A stretch of 64,000 bases of DNA from an uncultured Actinomycetota bacterium (GCA_963801015.1 CAWDCV010000002.1:1307200-1371199); one strand, 5' to 3'; counted from the stretch's first letter, positions 28,717 through 37,766 are shown. A program made the numbers and translations. The notes: generated by a model from the letters alone, not told the origin.

Positions 28717-29976
28717 ATGGATGAGATCTCCGCGTTCTTCTCCGCTGATCCCGACGCCATCGCGTGGCCGTACCCCATGTACGAGCGCTGGCAGCAGGGC
28801 ACCGGCGTGGTCCGCTGGGACGACGGCCCCGCGCTGCTCGTCACTCGCCACCGCGACGTCAAGGCGGTGATGTCGGGGACGTACCCGAACTCGCACAATG
28901 GCTACCGGTACGGCCGGCTGGCCGAGGGCGTCGTCTCCCGCCTGCCGCAGGAGCAGCACGAGGTCTTCTTCAAGATCATGGACTTCGAGAGCCTGTTCAT
29001 GAGCCGCAACGACGGCGAGGAGCATGCGCGCCTGCGGCGCATCTCGGTGCGCGCGTTCACCGCGCGGCGCATCGCGCAGCTGCGCGACTCCATCCAGCGG
29101 CACGTCGACGACCTGATCGCCGCCATGGTCGACCGCGCAGGTGCCGACGGCATCGCCGACATCAAGACCGAGCTCGCCAACCAGCTGCCAGTCCGCGTCA
29201 TCGTCGACCTGATCGGCGTCCCCCAGTCCGACCGGGACGCGATTTGGGAGTGGGGTGAGGCACTCGCCGCACACATGAGCCCGGGCTCGGAGAGCCTGGC
29301 ACGCGCAGACGCGGCCATCGACGCGTTCAAGGACTACGTCCGTGCGATGGTCGAGCGGCTCCATCGCACCGGCGACGGTCCCGAGCTCGCTCGGATCATG
29401 CTCGAGGGCCACAGCAGCGAGGCACTGACCGAGGACGAGCTGGTCGCGATGTTCGTCCTCATCCTGTTCGGCGGGAGCGAGACCACGACGAACCTGCTCG
29501 GCAACGGCTTCCTGGCTCTGCAGCGCCACCGCGACGCGTGGGATCAGCTCGTCGCGGATCCCAGCGGGGTTCGCCACTCGATCGAGGAGATGATCCGGTA
29601 CGACTCGCCGCATCACTACCTGCCGCGCGTCGCGCTCGACGACTTCGAGCTCGGCGGCGAGCGGGTCGAGGCCGGCGACACGCTGATCATCGTCATGGGT
29701 GCGGCCAACCGCGATCCCGACGTCTTCTCCGAACCCGCCCACTTCGATATCACTCGTCGCAATGCTGCCGAGCACCTGTCGTTCGGCTTCGGCGCGTACT
29801 TCTGCCTCGGCGCAGCGCTGGCCCGGCTCGAGGGCGAGGTCGTCTTCGAGACGCTGGTACGCCGGTTCCCGCATGCCCGCCTGCTCAGTGATGACGCGGC
29901 CGACATCACCTACGGCGGCAGCGCGATGCTGCGCGCAATCCAGCAGCTGCCGACCGAGCTCGGCAAGTCCGCGTGA
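28717..29976 (+). CDS. Cytochrome P450 3 (canonical I-helix)
   Basis: GGSETT, EEMIR, AANRDP, FGFGAYFCLG. Confidence 0.95.
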   Translation: MDEISAFFSADPDAIAWPYPMYERWQQGTGVVRWDDGPALLVTRHRDVKAVMSGTYPNSHNGYRYGRLAEGVVSRLPQEQHEVFFKIMDFESLFMSRNDGEEHARLRRISVRAFTARRIAQLRDSIQRHVDDLIAAMVDRAGADGIADIKTELANQLPVRVIVDLIGVPQSDRDAIWEWGEALAAHMSPGSESLARADAAIDAFKDYVRAMVERLHRTGDGPELARIMLEGHSSEALTEDELVAMFVLILFGGSETTTNLLGNGFLALQRHRDAWDQLVADPSGVRHSIEEMIRYDSPHHYLPRVALDDFELGGERVEAGDTLIIVMGAANRDPDVFSEPAHFDITRRNAAEHLSFGFGAYFCLGAALARLEGEVVFETLVRRFPHARLLSDDAADITYGGSAMLRAIQQLPTELGKSA

Positions 29977-31394
29977 CGTACGACTTCATGCACAGCTCCG
30001 ACGCCGTCGCGCTGACGACGACGACCGGATCGTGCACCTTTGCCGAGCTGGACGACCGCGCGGCGCGGGTCGCTGCCGGCTTGGTGGCCGCAGGACTGCA
30101 GCCGGGTGACCGGGTGTTGGCGGTGCTCCCCAACGGGCAGGAGTTGATCGAGCTGCTGCTCGGCTGCGCACGCAGCTGCACAGTGCTCGTCCCCGTGAAC
30201 TGGCGGCTGTCGCCGAGCGAAATTCTCGCCATCGCCGAGGATGCCGGTGCACGGGCGATCGTCGCCGGCACTGACCAGCCATATGAGACGTGGCTCACTG
30301 AGCAGCACCCCGAGAGCGTGCAGCATGGGCCTGCAGCCGACGACGTGGTGCTGCAGGTCTACACGTCGGGAACCAGCGGACGACCCAAGGGCGTGCTGAT
30401 CACCTACGGAAATCTGGCCGCGAAAGTGCCTGGAGCGGCACAGGCGTGGCGGTTCGGGCCGGACGCTGTGAGCTTGCTGGGCACGCCGATGTTCCACGTC
30501 GGCGGGCTCGGCTGGGCCCTGGTCGGCCTGCACAGTAGTGCGCGCACGATCGTCGTCGGGCCGACCCCACCGGCTGAGCTCGCGGAGCTGCTGCGGCGAG
30601 AGCGGGTCACGCATGCCTTCCTCGTGCCCACGCAGCTGCAGGGGCTTTGCGACGTTGCCGGATCGGAAGGCTTCCCCAACCTTCGCGTCGTCGTCTACGG
30701 CGCCGCGCCGATGAGCGCAGCGACCCGAGCCGCCGTCGTGGAGACGTTCGACTGCGCCCTGGTGCACGTGTATGGCATGACGGAGACGACGGGCACCATC
30801 ACCCAGCACGAGCACGCCCACGATGACGCTGCGACTGACGTCCCCTGTGCCGGACGGCCGTACCCCTGGATCGAGCTGACCATCCGCGACCCCGCAACCT
30901 GCATGACGCTGCCTCCCGGCTCGCCGGGCGAGATCTGGACCCGATCGGAGCAGAACACACCCGGCTATGCCGGCGACCCGGTCGCAACCCGGCGCCTCCT
31001 CACTGCGGACGGTTGGCTGCGCACCGGCGACATCGGCTACCTCGACGATGACGGCGAGCTCTTCGTCACCGACCGGCTCAAGGAGATGATCATCACCGGC
31101 GGTGAGAACGTCGTGCCCGCCGAGGTCGAATCGGTGCTGCGCGAGCACGACGACATCGCCGACGTCGCGGTGGTCGGACTGCCCGACCCGCGCTGGGGCG
31201 AGGTGGTGACCGCCGTCGTCGTCCCGCGACCCGGTCGCACGCCCACGCTCGACGACGTCGTGGCCTTCTCCGCCGACCGGCTCGTCGGCTACAAGCGGCC
31301 GCGCGCCCTGCACCTCGTCGGCGAGCTACCCCGCGGCATGACCGGCAAGGTGCGCAAGCACGCACTGGTGGAGGAGCTGTCCCGTGATCACTGA
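29973..31394 (+). CDS. AMP-forming acyl-CoA ligase
   Basis: YTSGTSGRPKG, YGMTE, LRTGD, GGENV, TGKV. Confidence 0.92.
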   Translation: MTYDFMHSSDAVALTTTTGSCTFAELDDRAARVAAGLVAAGLQPGDRVLAVLPNGQELIELLLGCARSCTVLVPVNWRLSPSEILAIAEDAGARAIVAGTDQPYETWLTEQHPESVQHGPAADDVVLQVYTSGTSGRPKGVLITYGNLAAKVPGAAQAWRFGPDAVSLLGTPMFHVGGLGWALVGLHSSARTIVVGPTPPAELAELLRRERVTHAFLVPTQLQGLCDVAGSEGFPNLRVVVYGAAPMSAATRAAVVETFDCALVHVYGMTETTGTITQHEHAHDDAATDVPCAGRPYPWIELTIRDPATCMTLPPGSPGEIWTRSEQNTPGYAGDPVATRRLLTADGWLRTGDIGYLDDDGELFVTDRLKEMIITGGENVVPAEVESVLREHDDIADVAVVGLPDPRWGEVVTAVVVPRPGRTPTLDDVVAFSADRLVGYKRPRALHLVGELPRGMTGKVRKHALVEELSRDH

Positions 31395-32788
31395 ACCGGT
31401 GCGCATCCTCGGCTTCGTCAACCACATCGCGCCCGCGCCCGACATCGAGGAGTCGATCGCGCGAGCGCTCGAGTGGGGCGTCGACGTCATCGTCGCCCAG
31501 GGCACCGGCAGCGACTGGGGGCCATACTGGCTCGGCTCAGGCGAGCAGGTCGCGGCCAATGTCGCCGCGAACGTCCGCCCCTATCTGCGGGCTGCGCGCG
31601 AGCACGGCATCCCGTTCGTGCTCTCCGTCGGCATCGCCGGCGCAAACGTCCACCTCGATCGCTGCCTGCGGCAGCTCGACGATCTGTGTGTCGAGGAGGG
31701 CTGGGATCCCGAGATCGCGGTGATCCGGTCCGAGTTGAGTGCGTCGTACGTTGCAAGCCGCATCGATGACGGCGTGGCCTGCGTACCGGCGAGTGACGGG
31801 ACCGGCCTGTCCGCGCGGCTCACGCGCGGCGACGTCGAGGCGACGGAGCGGATGGTCGCGCTGATCGGACCCGAACCGGTCATGGCAGCGCTCGCCCACG
31901 GCGTCGATGGCGTCATCACCGGTCGGGCGCTCGACATCGGGCTGTTCATGGCGTACCCGATGCTGCGCGGTCTGCCCACCGCAGTGGCGGCGCACGCGGG
32001 GAAGCTGCTGGAGTGCGGCGGGCTGGCCCTGGAGCCGGGCGACTCCGGTCAGTGCATCTGGGCGAGCCTCGACGCCGACGGCTTCGAAGTCCGCTCGCCG
32101 AATCCGCGGTACGCCGCGACCGTGCGGTCGCTGGTGTCGCACACGTTCTACGAGCGGTCGCATCCGACGCTCGAGGAGAACCCCGGCGGCGTGCTCGACC
32201 TGGGTGACGCGACCTACGTCGAGACCGAGCATGGCGTGCGCTGCAGCGGGGCACGCTGGCATCGAGCGGCCGTACACCGTGCTCGTCGAGGGCGCGCGTC
32301 GCGAGGGGTTTCGGGCGATGTCGATGCTCGGCGTACGCGAGCCGGCGCTGCTCGCGCAGATCCGTCAGTGGACCGACAGCGCCGAGCAGACGCTGCGCAG
32401 CTCACCGCGCTTCGCCGACGCCATCGCCGACGGGCGGCTGAGAGTCAGCACTCGGATCTACGGGCTCGACGGTGTCCTCGGACCGCTGGAGCCGAATCCG
32501 AACGTGACGGGGCACGAAGCTGCGGTCGTCCTCGACGTCGTGGCCGACGACCGGCAGCTCGCCGAGGAGGCCGCGTACTTCGGCTTCATCCGGCTGTTCA
32601 TCGGCCCGTACCCGGGTCGGCGAACGACGGCCGGCAACGCCGCAGCGCCGTACATGCCCGTCGTGATCCCGGTGTCGGACGTCTACACGTTCTCCGTCTA
32701 CCACCTGCTGCCGCTGGACGATCCGCTCGAGCCATTTCCGGTGACCGTGCAGCGGCTGGGAAGAAGAGTCGCCCATGCTGCTGTCTGA
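31384..32788 (+). CDS. AtuA family protein 2 (DUF4387-associated subtype); apparent frameshift near 32260
   Basis: GTGSDWGPYWLGSG, GKLLECG, SHTFYERSHP..PGG; C-terminus PYTVLVEGA..TTAGN..YTFSVYHLL in another frame. Confidence 0.82.
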
Positions 32789-33083
32789 GCGCGCAATCAT
32801 CATCCGCAGCAAGAACGCCGGGCCGTTCTCCCTCACCATCGATGTGTTCTTTGCCGATGCGGCGTCGTACGAGGTCGCGCGCAGCTCGGCGTTGCTGACC
32901 GTTTCCGGTGTCGCCCGCGCGTATGGAGTCGACGAGAGCAGCGTCAAGGGCGTCTGGTGGGACGACCGCATCCGCGGCGCCAAGGTGAGCTTGCTGCGCT
33001 GGTCGTCGAGCAGCGATCCGTTCTGCAGTGACCTGTTCGGCGCTCACCTGCACACCCCGCTCGCGGGCAGTGAGCTGGTGTGA
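32775..33083 (+). CDS. DUF4387 family protein
   Basis: IIRSKNAGPFSLTIDVFF..DLFGAHLH. Confidence 0.85.
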   Translation: MLLSERAIIIRSKNAGPFSLTIDVFFADAASYEVARSSALLTVSGVARAYGVDESSVKGVWWDDRIRGAKVSLLRWSSSSDPFCSDLFGAHLHTPLAGSELV

Positions 33084-34093
33084 CGATGGAGTTCGGGATC
33101 CTGCTCACGTCGGTGTACGACGCCACGACGGACGCACGGCAACAGCGCCGCGAGCACGAGGAGCTCGTGAGCACCGCCGAGCAGCTCGGGTTCGGGTTGA
33201 TGGTTGCCGGGCAGCACTTCCTCGGCGCGGAGCTGCGGTATTTCCAGCCGATCCCGTGGCTGACACACATGGCCGCGCACGCTCCGACGATGCAGACCGC
33301 GACCGGCATCGTCCTGCTGTCGATGGTGAATCCGGTCGACGTTGCCGAGCAGATGGCGACGCTCGACGTGCTCACCGACGGCCGCGCGATCTTCGGCGTG
33401 GGCCTCGGCTACAGCGCCCACGAGTTCGCTGCGTTTGGCGTCGAACCGGGCACGCGAGTGGCGCGATTCGAAGAGTCGCTGACCCTCGTCCGCGCTCTCT
33501 GGTCCGGCGATGTCGTTGACTTTTCCGGAAGGTTCTTCAGCGTTGCCGGTGCTCGCCCCGCGGTACGGCCGTTGCAGAAGGACGGCCCGCCGGTGTGGAT
33601 CGGCGGCCAGGCGCGGGCGGCGGTGCAGCGCGCTGCTCGACTCGGGGACGCGTGGTATGCCCCGCCGTTTCCCACGCACGTCGAGCTCGTCGAATTGCGT
33701 CGCCTCTTCCTCGAGACACGGGCGGCGCATCACCTGCCCACGGTCGGCGATTTCCCGGTACGGCGTGAGCTGCTGATCGCGCCGAGCCGCGCCGTCGCGA
33801 TCGACGCGGCGTTGCAGCGTTACCGCGCGCGCTACGAGACGTACCGGAAGTGGGGCCTGTCTGGTGAAAACACTCCGGTCGAGCAGAGCGGGGAGCAGGT
33901 GCGCACCGACATCGAAGACCGGTTCCTGCTCGGGTCGGCATCGGAATGCGTCGAGCAGCTGGAGCGGTTGCGGGTGGACAGCGGCATGACGCACTTCGTC
34001 TTCAAGCCGCACTGGCCCGGTCTGCCGCACGCCGAGGCGATGCGGCAGCTGGAGCTGTTCGGGACATCGGTGCTGCCGGCGGTGGGTCGCTGA
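33080..34093 (+). CDS. LLM-class oxidoreductase 3
   Basis: GQHFL, VAEQMATLD, GVGLGY, PPVWIGG, RAARLGD. Confidence 0.9.
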   Translation: MTMEFGILLTSVYDATTDARQQRREHEELVSTAEQLGFGLMVAGQHFLGAELRYFQPIPWLTHMAAHAPTMQTATGIVLLSMVNPVDVAEQMATLDVLTDGRAIFGVGLGYSAHEFAAFGVEPGTRVARFEESLTLVRALWSGDVVDFSGRFFSVAGARPAVRPLQKDGPPVWIGGQARAAVQRAARLGDAWYAPPFPTHVELVELRRLFLETRAAHHLPTVGDFPVRRELLIAPSRAVAIDAALQRYRARYETYRKWGLSGENTPVEQSGEQVRTDIEDRFLLGSASECVEQLERLRVDSGMTHFVFKPHWPGLPHAEAMRQLELFGTSVLPAVGR

Positions 34094-34911
34094 TGCGGCT
34101 CGAACCGGGGCAGGTCGCCGTGGTCACCGGCGCGGCCAGCGGCATCGGACGTGCGCTGGCCGACGCGTTCGCGTCGCGCTCACTGCATGTCGTCGTCGCC
34201 GACGTGGAGGTCGACCCGCTGCGAGTGGCCGCCGAGGAGATTCGCGCGGCGAACGACGTCGACGTGCTGGATGTCGTTGTCGACGTCACCGATGCCGATG
34301 CGGTGCTGCGCCTTCGCGACGCCGTGCTCGACCACTTCGGCCGGGTGGACGTGCTGTGCAACAACGCCGGCGTCGTCGGCCCGCGGCTGCCGACCTGGCA
34401 ACAACGCCTCGAGGACTGGACCTGGATCGTCGACGTCAACCTGTGGGGCGTCGTGCACGGGTTGGCCGCGTTCCTTCCCGTCATGGTCGAGGCCGGCCGC
34501 GGCCATGTCGTCAACACGTCCTCGATCGCCGGGCTCGTTCCGGTGCCCGGTGGCGGCAATGCGCCGTATGCCGCGTCCAAGTACGCCGTCGTCGGGTTGA
34601 CCGAGACGCTCGGGATCGAGCTGGCCGAACATGCGCCCGGCGTACACGTGACCGTGCTGTGCCCCGGCCCGGTGGCGACCCGCATTTACGAGGCCGAGCG
34701 CAACCGTCCGGCGGCACTGCGCGGACCCGGCGCAGCACCCAAGCCGCTGCCGTCCGCGTTCGCACATGGCTGGCCATCAATGCCGCCATCGGTGGTGGCG
34801 GAGCAGGTGCTCGATGCCATCGAGAAAGAGCGGCTGTTCGTGGTTCCCTCGCCGGAGACCGTCGAGGACATTCGCGCGCGGACGGCCCGGCTCGACGCCG
34901 ACCTGCCGTGA
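34093..34911 (+). CDS. SDR oxidoreductase
   Basis: TGAASGIG, NNAG, YAASK, LCPG. Confidence 0.92.
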   Translation: MRLEPGQVAVVTGAASGIGRALADAFASRSLHVVVADVEVDPLRVAAEEIRAANDVDVLDVVVDVTDADAVLRLRDAVLDHFGRVDVLCNNAGVVGPRLPTWQQRLEDWTWIVDVNLWGVVHGLAAFLPVMVEAGRGHVVNTSSIAGLVPVPGGGNAPYAASKYAVVGLTETLGIELAEHAPGVHVTVLCPGPVATRIYEAERNRPAALRGPGAAPKPLPSAFAHGWPSMPPSVVAEQVLDAIEKERLFVVPSPETVEDIRARTARLDADLP

Positions 34912-36137
34912 CCGCCGCAACCGCTGCCGTCCGGCGTACCGATCGGCCACTGCCGGCAGCCGCGCTCATCGCGCTGTTCGCTCTCATCGGGCTGAACCTG
35001 CGGTCGGTGTTCGGCGCCGTACCGCCGCTGCTCGACGACATCGGCGCGGATCTCGCACTGTCCGGCTTCGCTCTCAGCCTGCTGACCGCGATCCCCACCC
35101 TGTGCCTGGGCTTGCTCGCCCCGCCGGCGTCACGGCTGGCGCTGCGGATCGGGCACGAGCAGGTTACGGCCGCTGCCTTGGTCGTGCTGACGCTCGCCGA
35201 GGCGCTGCGCCTCGCCGGTTCCGTCGTGGCGCTGCTCTACCTCTCGACGTTTCTCACCGGCGCCGCGATCGGCGCCATCTCGACGATGATGCCGGCCTTG
35301 CTCGGCTATCACCTGGAGTCGCGACCCGGGCTCGGTGCCGGTGTCTACTCCACCGCGATGGCGACCGCGTCGGCGTGCGCCGCATGGCTTGCCGTCCCCC
35401 TCGCGACCAGCCTCGGCGGGTGGAACCGGTCGCTGGCATCGTGGTCGCTGCTCACCGCTGTCACGACCGCCTGCTGGTTGCTGGTGCTGCCGCGGCTCAC
35501 CCGGCCCGCGTCTGCACAGCCAACGGAGCCCGAAGCGAGTGGGTTGCCCTGGCGCAGTCGCACGGCGTGGCTCCTCACGGCGTACTTCGCCCTGCAGACA
35601 TTCGTCGGTTTCGCGGCTATGACGTGGGTTGCCCCGGCGTACCGAGACGCAGGCTGGAGTGCTGACGCTGCGAGCCGGCTCCTCTCTGTGTTCTTCGCGA
35701 TCCAGATCGTCGGCATGCTCGTCCTGCCTGCGATCACCGACCGCACGACAGATCGCCGCCCGGTGCTCCTGCTGTCATCGGGGACCTGCACGCTCGGTTT
35801 GCTGTGCCTGGCGGCGACCCCGTCGCTCGCCTGGGTCGGTGCGGTGCTGTTCGGACTCGGGATCGGCGGCGGCTTCGCGGTAGGCCTCGTGCTGCTCGTC
35901 GACGTGACCCGCAGCCGCGCGGAGGCCGCTCGCCTGTCGGCGATGGTCTTCCTGCTGTCCTACACCTTCGCCACCCTGGGGCCCGTCCTCGTCGGGGTCC
36001 TGCGCGATGTCACCGGTGGGTACGCGCTGGGCTTCTGGTGCCTGACCGTCGCGGGTCTGGGGTTGGTGGCCGTCGTGCCGTTCCTGCGCCCCAGCCTCGA
36101 CCTGCTTGATCGGGACCCTTGTCCCGCGAATGATTGA
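34908..36137 (+). CDS. MFS transporter (CynX-like)
   Basis: IGLNLR..VPPLL, about 12 hydrophobic segments, AARLSAM. Confidence 0.88.
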   Translation: MTAATAAVRRTDRPLPAAALIALFALIGLNLRSVFGAVPPLLDDIGADLALSGFALSLLTAIPTLCLGLLAPPASRLALRIGHEQVTAAALVVLTLAEALRLAGSVVALLYLSTFLTGAAIGAISTMMPALLGYHLESRPGLGAGVYSTAMATASACAAWLAVPLATSLGGWNRSLASWSLLTAVTTACWLLVLPRLTRPASAQPTEPEASGLPWRSRTAWLLTAYFALQTFVGFAAMTWVAPAYRDAGWSADAASRLLSVFFAIQIVGMLVLPAITDRTTDRRPVLLLSSGTCTLGLLCLAATPSLAWVGAVLFGLGIGGGFAVGLVLLVDVTRSRAEAARLSAMVFLLSYTFATLGPVLVGVLRDVTGGYALGFWCLTVAGLGLVAVVPFLRPSLDLLDRDPCPAND

Positions 36138-36153
36138 TGAATACCATGCGCAT
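36137..36153. promoter_or_regulatory. Putative 17-bp operator, site 7
   Basis: ATGAATACCATGCGCAT, followed by a TAGACT -10 and a GGAGG RBS. Confidence 0.7.
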
Positions 36154-36180
36154 AGACTGCTGACCAGTTCGGAGGATCCC

Positions 36181-36738
36181 ATGGGCCTGACCACCGAGGA
36201 ACGCGTACGTCGGCTGGAAGACAGGGCCGCGATCCAGGACCTCGCGGTGATGTACGGCTACGTGATGGACGAGCGTGTCGTCGACGGGATTGCGCGGCTC
36301 TTCACCGACGATGCGACGCTGCGTTCAGCCGACGGTGTCTTCGCCGCGACCGGCCTCGACGAGATCGTGAAGACGTACCAGGGCCGCTTCGACGTGCTCG
36401 GCCCGACCAACCACTTCGTGCACGGCCACGTGGTGCAGTTCGACGATGCTGAGCCGGACGTCGCGACCGGCATCGTCTCGTCGCACGCCGAGGTCGTCCG
36501 CAATGACCAGCCGATGTGGGTGGCGCTGCGCTACCAGGACACCTACCGGCGCACGCCGGAGGGCTGGCGGTTCGCCGACCGGCTGATGTCCTACATGTAT
36601 TACGTGGACGTGCGCGAGTACGCCGAGGTGCTCGGGCAGGAGCTGCGGGTGCGGACGTACGACCAGCCAGCCCCAGGCGACTGGCCGCAGTCGCTGCGCG
36701 GCGAGTCCGTCGACTGGGTGACGGGGTATCTCGACTAG
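36181..36738 (+). CDS. NTF2/SnoaL-like protein (BaiE/LinA-like fold)
   Basis: LEDRAAIQDL..YGYVMD, LFTDDA, TNHF, YQDTYRR..WRFADR. Confidence 0.85.
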   Translation: MGLTTEERVRRLEDRAAIQDLAVMYGYVMDERVVDGIARLFTDDATLRSADGVFAATGLDEIVKTYQGRFDVLGPTNHFVHGHVVQFDDAEPDVATGIVSSHAEVVRNDQPMWVALRYQDTYRRTPEGWRFADRLMSYMYYVDVREYAEVLGQELRVRTYDQPAPGDWPQSLRGESVDWVTGYLD

Positions 36739-36787
36739 CGCGCAGCCACCTGCGGTTCTGCGCAACTGGCAGTGATGCGATACGCCT

Positions 36788-36857
36788 CGAGTTAGGGCGA
36801 TACGCCCTCTATAACAGGCGTATTACCCGAAATGATCACGTATACGTGATCATTTCG
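36788..36857. repeat. Double-hairpin REP-like element, copy B (inverted relative to copy A)
   Basis: 30-bp perfect palindrome CGAAATGATCACGTATACGTGATCATTTCG; 60/68 identical to 1128-1195 by manual alignment. Confidence 0.8.
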
Positions 36858-36877
36858 ACGGGCCGGGCGGGTCGGAA

Positions 36878-37090
36878 CTAGCCCGCGTGGACGGCGCTCT
36901 GCAGCACCGAGATCGCCCGCTCCGGGCAGCTGTCGACGCCGAGCTGGGCGTCGGCCTCGAGCTCGGGCGGCACCGGATCGACCATGACGATGGAGTGCCC
37001 GTCCTCGGGATCCAACTCGTAGACGTCAGGTGCGCTCATGTGGCAGACCCCATGACCCTGGCAGACGTCCAAGTCCACTCCGACACGCAT
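36878..37090 (-). CDS. 3Fe-4S ferredoxin (P450-associated type)
   Basis: CQGHGVC..CPERAI; 70 aa. Confidence 0.92.
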   Translation of the reverse strand: MRVGVDLDVCQGHGVCHMSAPDVYELDPEDGHSIVMVDPVPPELEADAQLGVDSCPERAISVLQSAVHAG

Positions 37091-37139
37091 GACGGATCCC
37101 CTTCGACCAGCTCGGAGGTACGGCCCTCCGCTGCTATTT

Positions 37140-37156
37140 AGGATAAGGATTATCAC
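37140..37156. promoter_or_regulatory. Putative 17-bp operator, site 8 (ferredoxin promoter)
   Basis: AGGATAAGGATTATCAC, near-identical to site 5. Confidence 0.65.
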
Positions 37157-37221
37157 CTTAGCGGGCGTCGCTTGTGCCGTCGAGACCCGACCGGCCCCAC
37201 GGTGTATGAGGCGTCAGCGCC

Positions 37222-37643
37222 CTATCGGGGACGAACCTCGCGGACGTCGAGCGGGTTGTCGCCGCAGGCGCTCTGCAGCTGGGGCATCGGCGCGCCGTAG
37301 ATGCTCGACCCGGCGCCCTCATCGAGGTTCGCCGCCGCGGAACCGATCAGGGTCCAGCGGACCGTTGACGTCACCAGGTCGACGCAATCACCAGACCGGC
37401 TGACCGTGCCAGACACCGTCACCGGCTTGATCTGATCAGACGGGTTGGTCGGCGGCTTCGGGGGCGATGTCACCGTCGGCGGTGGCACGCTGCTGAGCGG
37501 TGGACGGGTAGTTGTCTCGGGCGTTGGCGTACCGCTGGAGCCAGCGTCTGATCGGGTTGACTCCCCGTCGCTCGAATCGCTGCCGCAACCCGCGCCCAGG
37601 GCAAGCAGCAGGACGGCGAGCAGGCCCCACCGCTGCGCGCCAT
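37222..37643 (-). CDS. Hypothetical lipoprotein; probable frameshift right after the start
   Basis: Lipobox LGAGC, Pro/Ser/Thr linker, two Cys; GGGAGG+ATG at 37643 is one base out of frame. Confidence 0.6.
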
Positions 37644-37766
37644 CGCGTGCCTCCCGATGCTCGTCACAGTGCTTCGACGAGCGCCATGCTGTTTCTCGAA
37701 TCGAGATCTTCGCTCTGCAAGTGCTCACGGAGAGCACTCGAACACGGAGTGCAACTGGCAATTCGG

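Noticed and set aside
848-32260. Programmed ribosomal frameshifting or phase variation at the broken genes
   Set aside because: No slippery heptamers or long homopolymers at the breakpoints
15821-37090. Secondary-metabolite biosynthetic cluster (P450s, ligases, SnoaL)
   Set aside because: No PKS/NRPS/terpene synthase/RiPP core or carrier protein; importer and beta-oxidation genes point to catabolism
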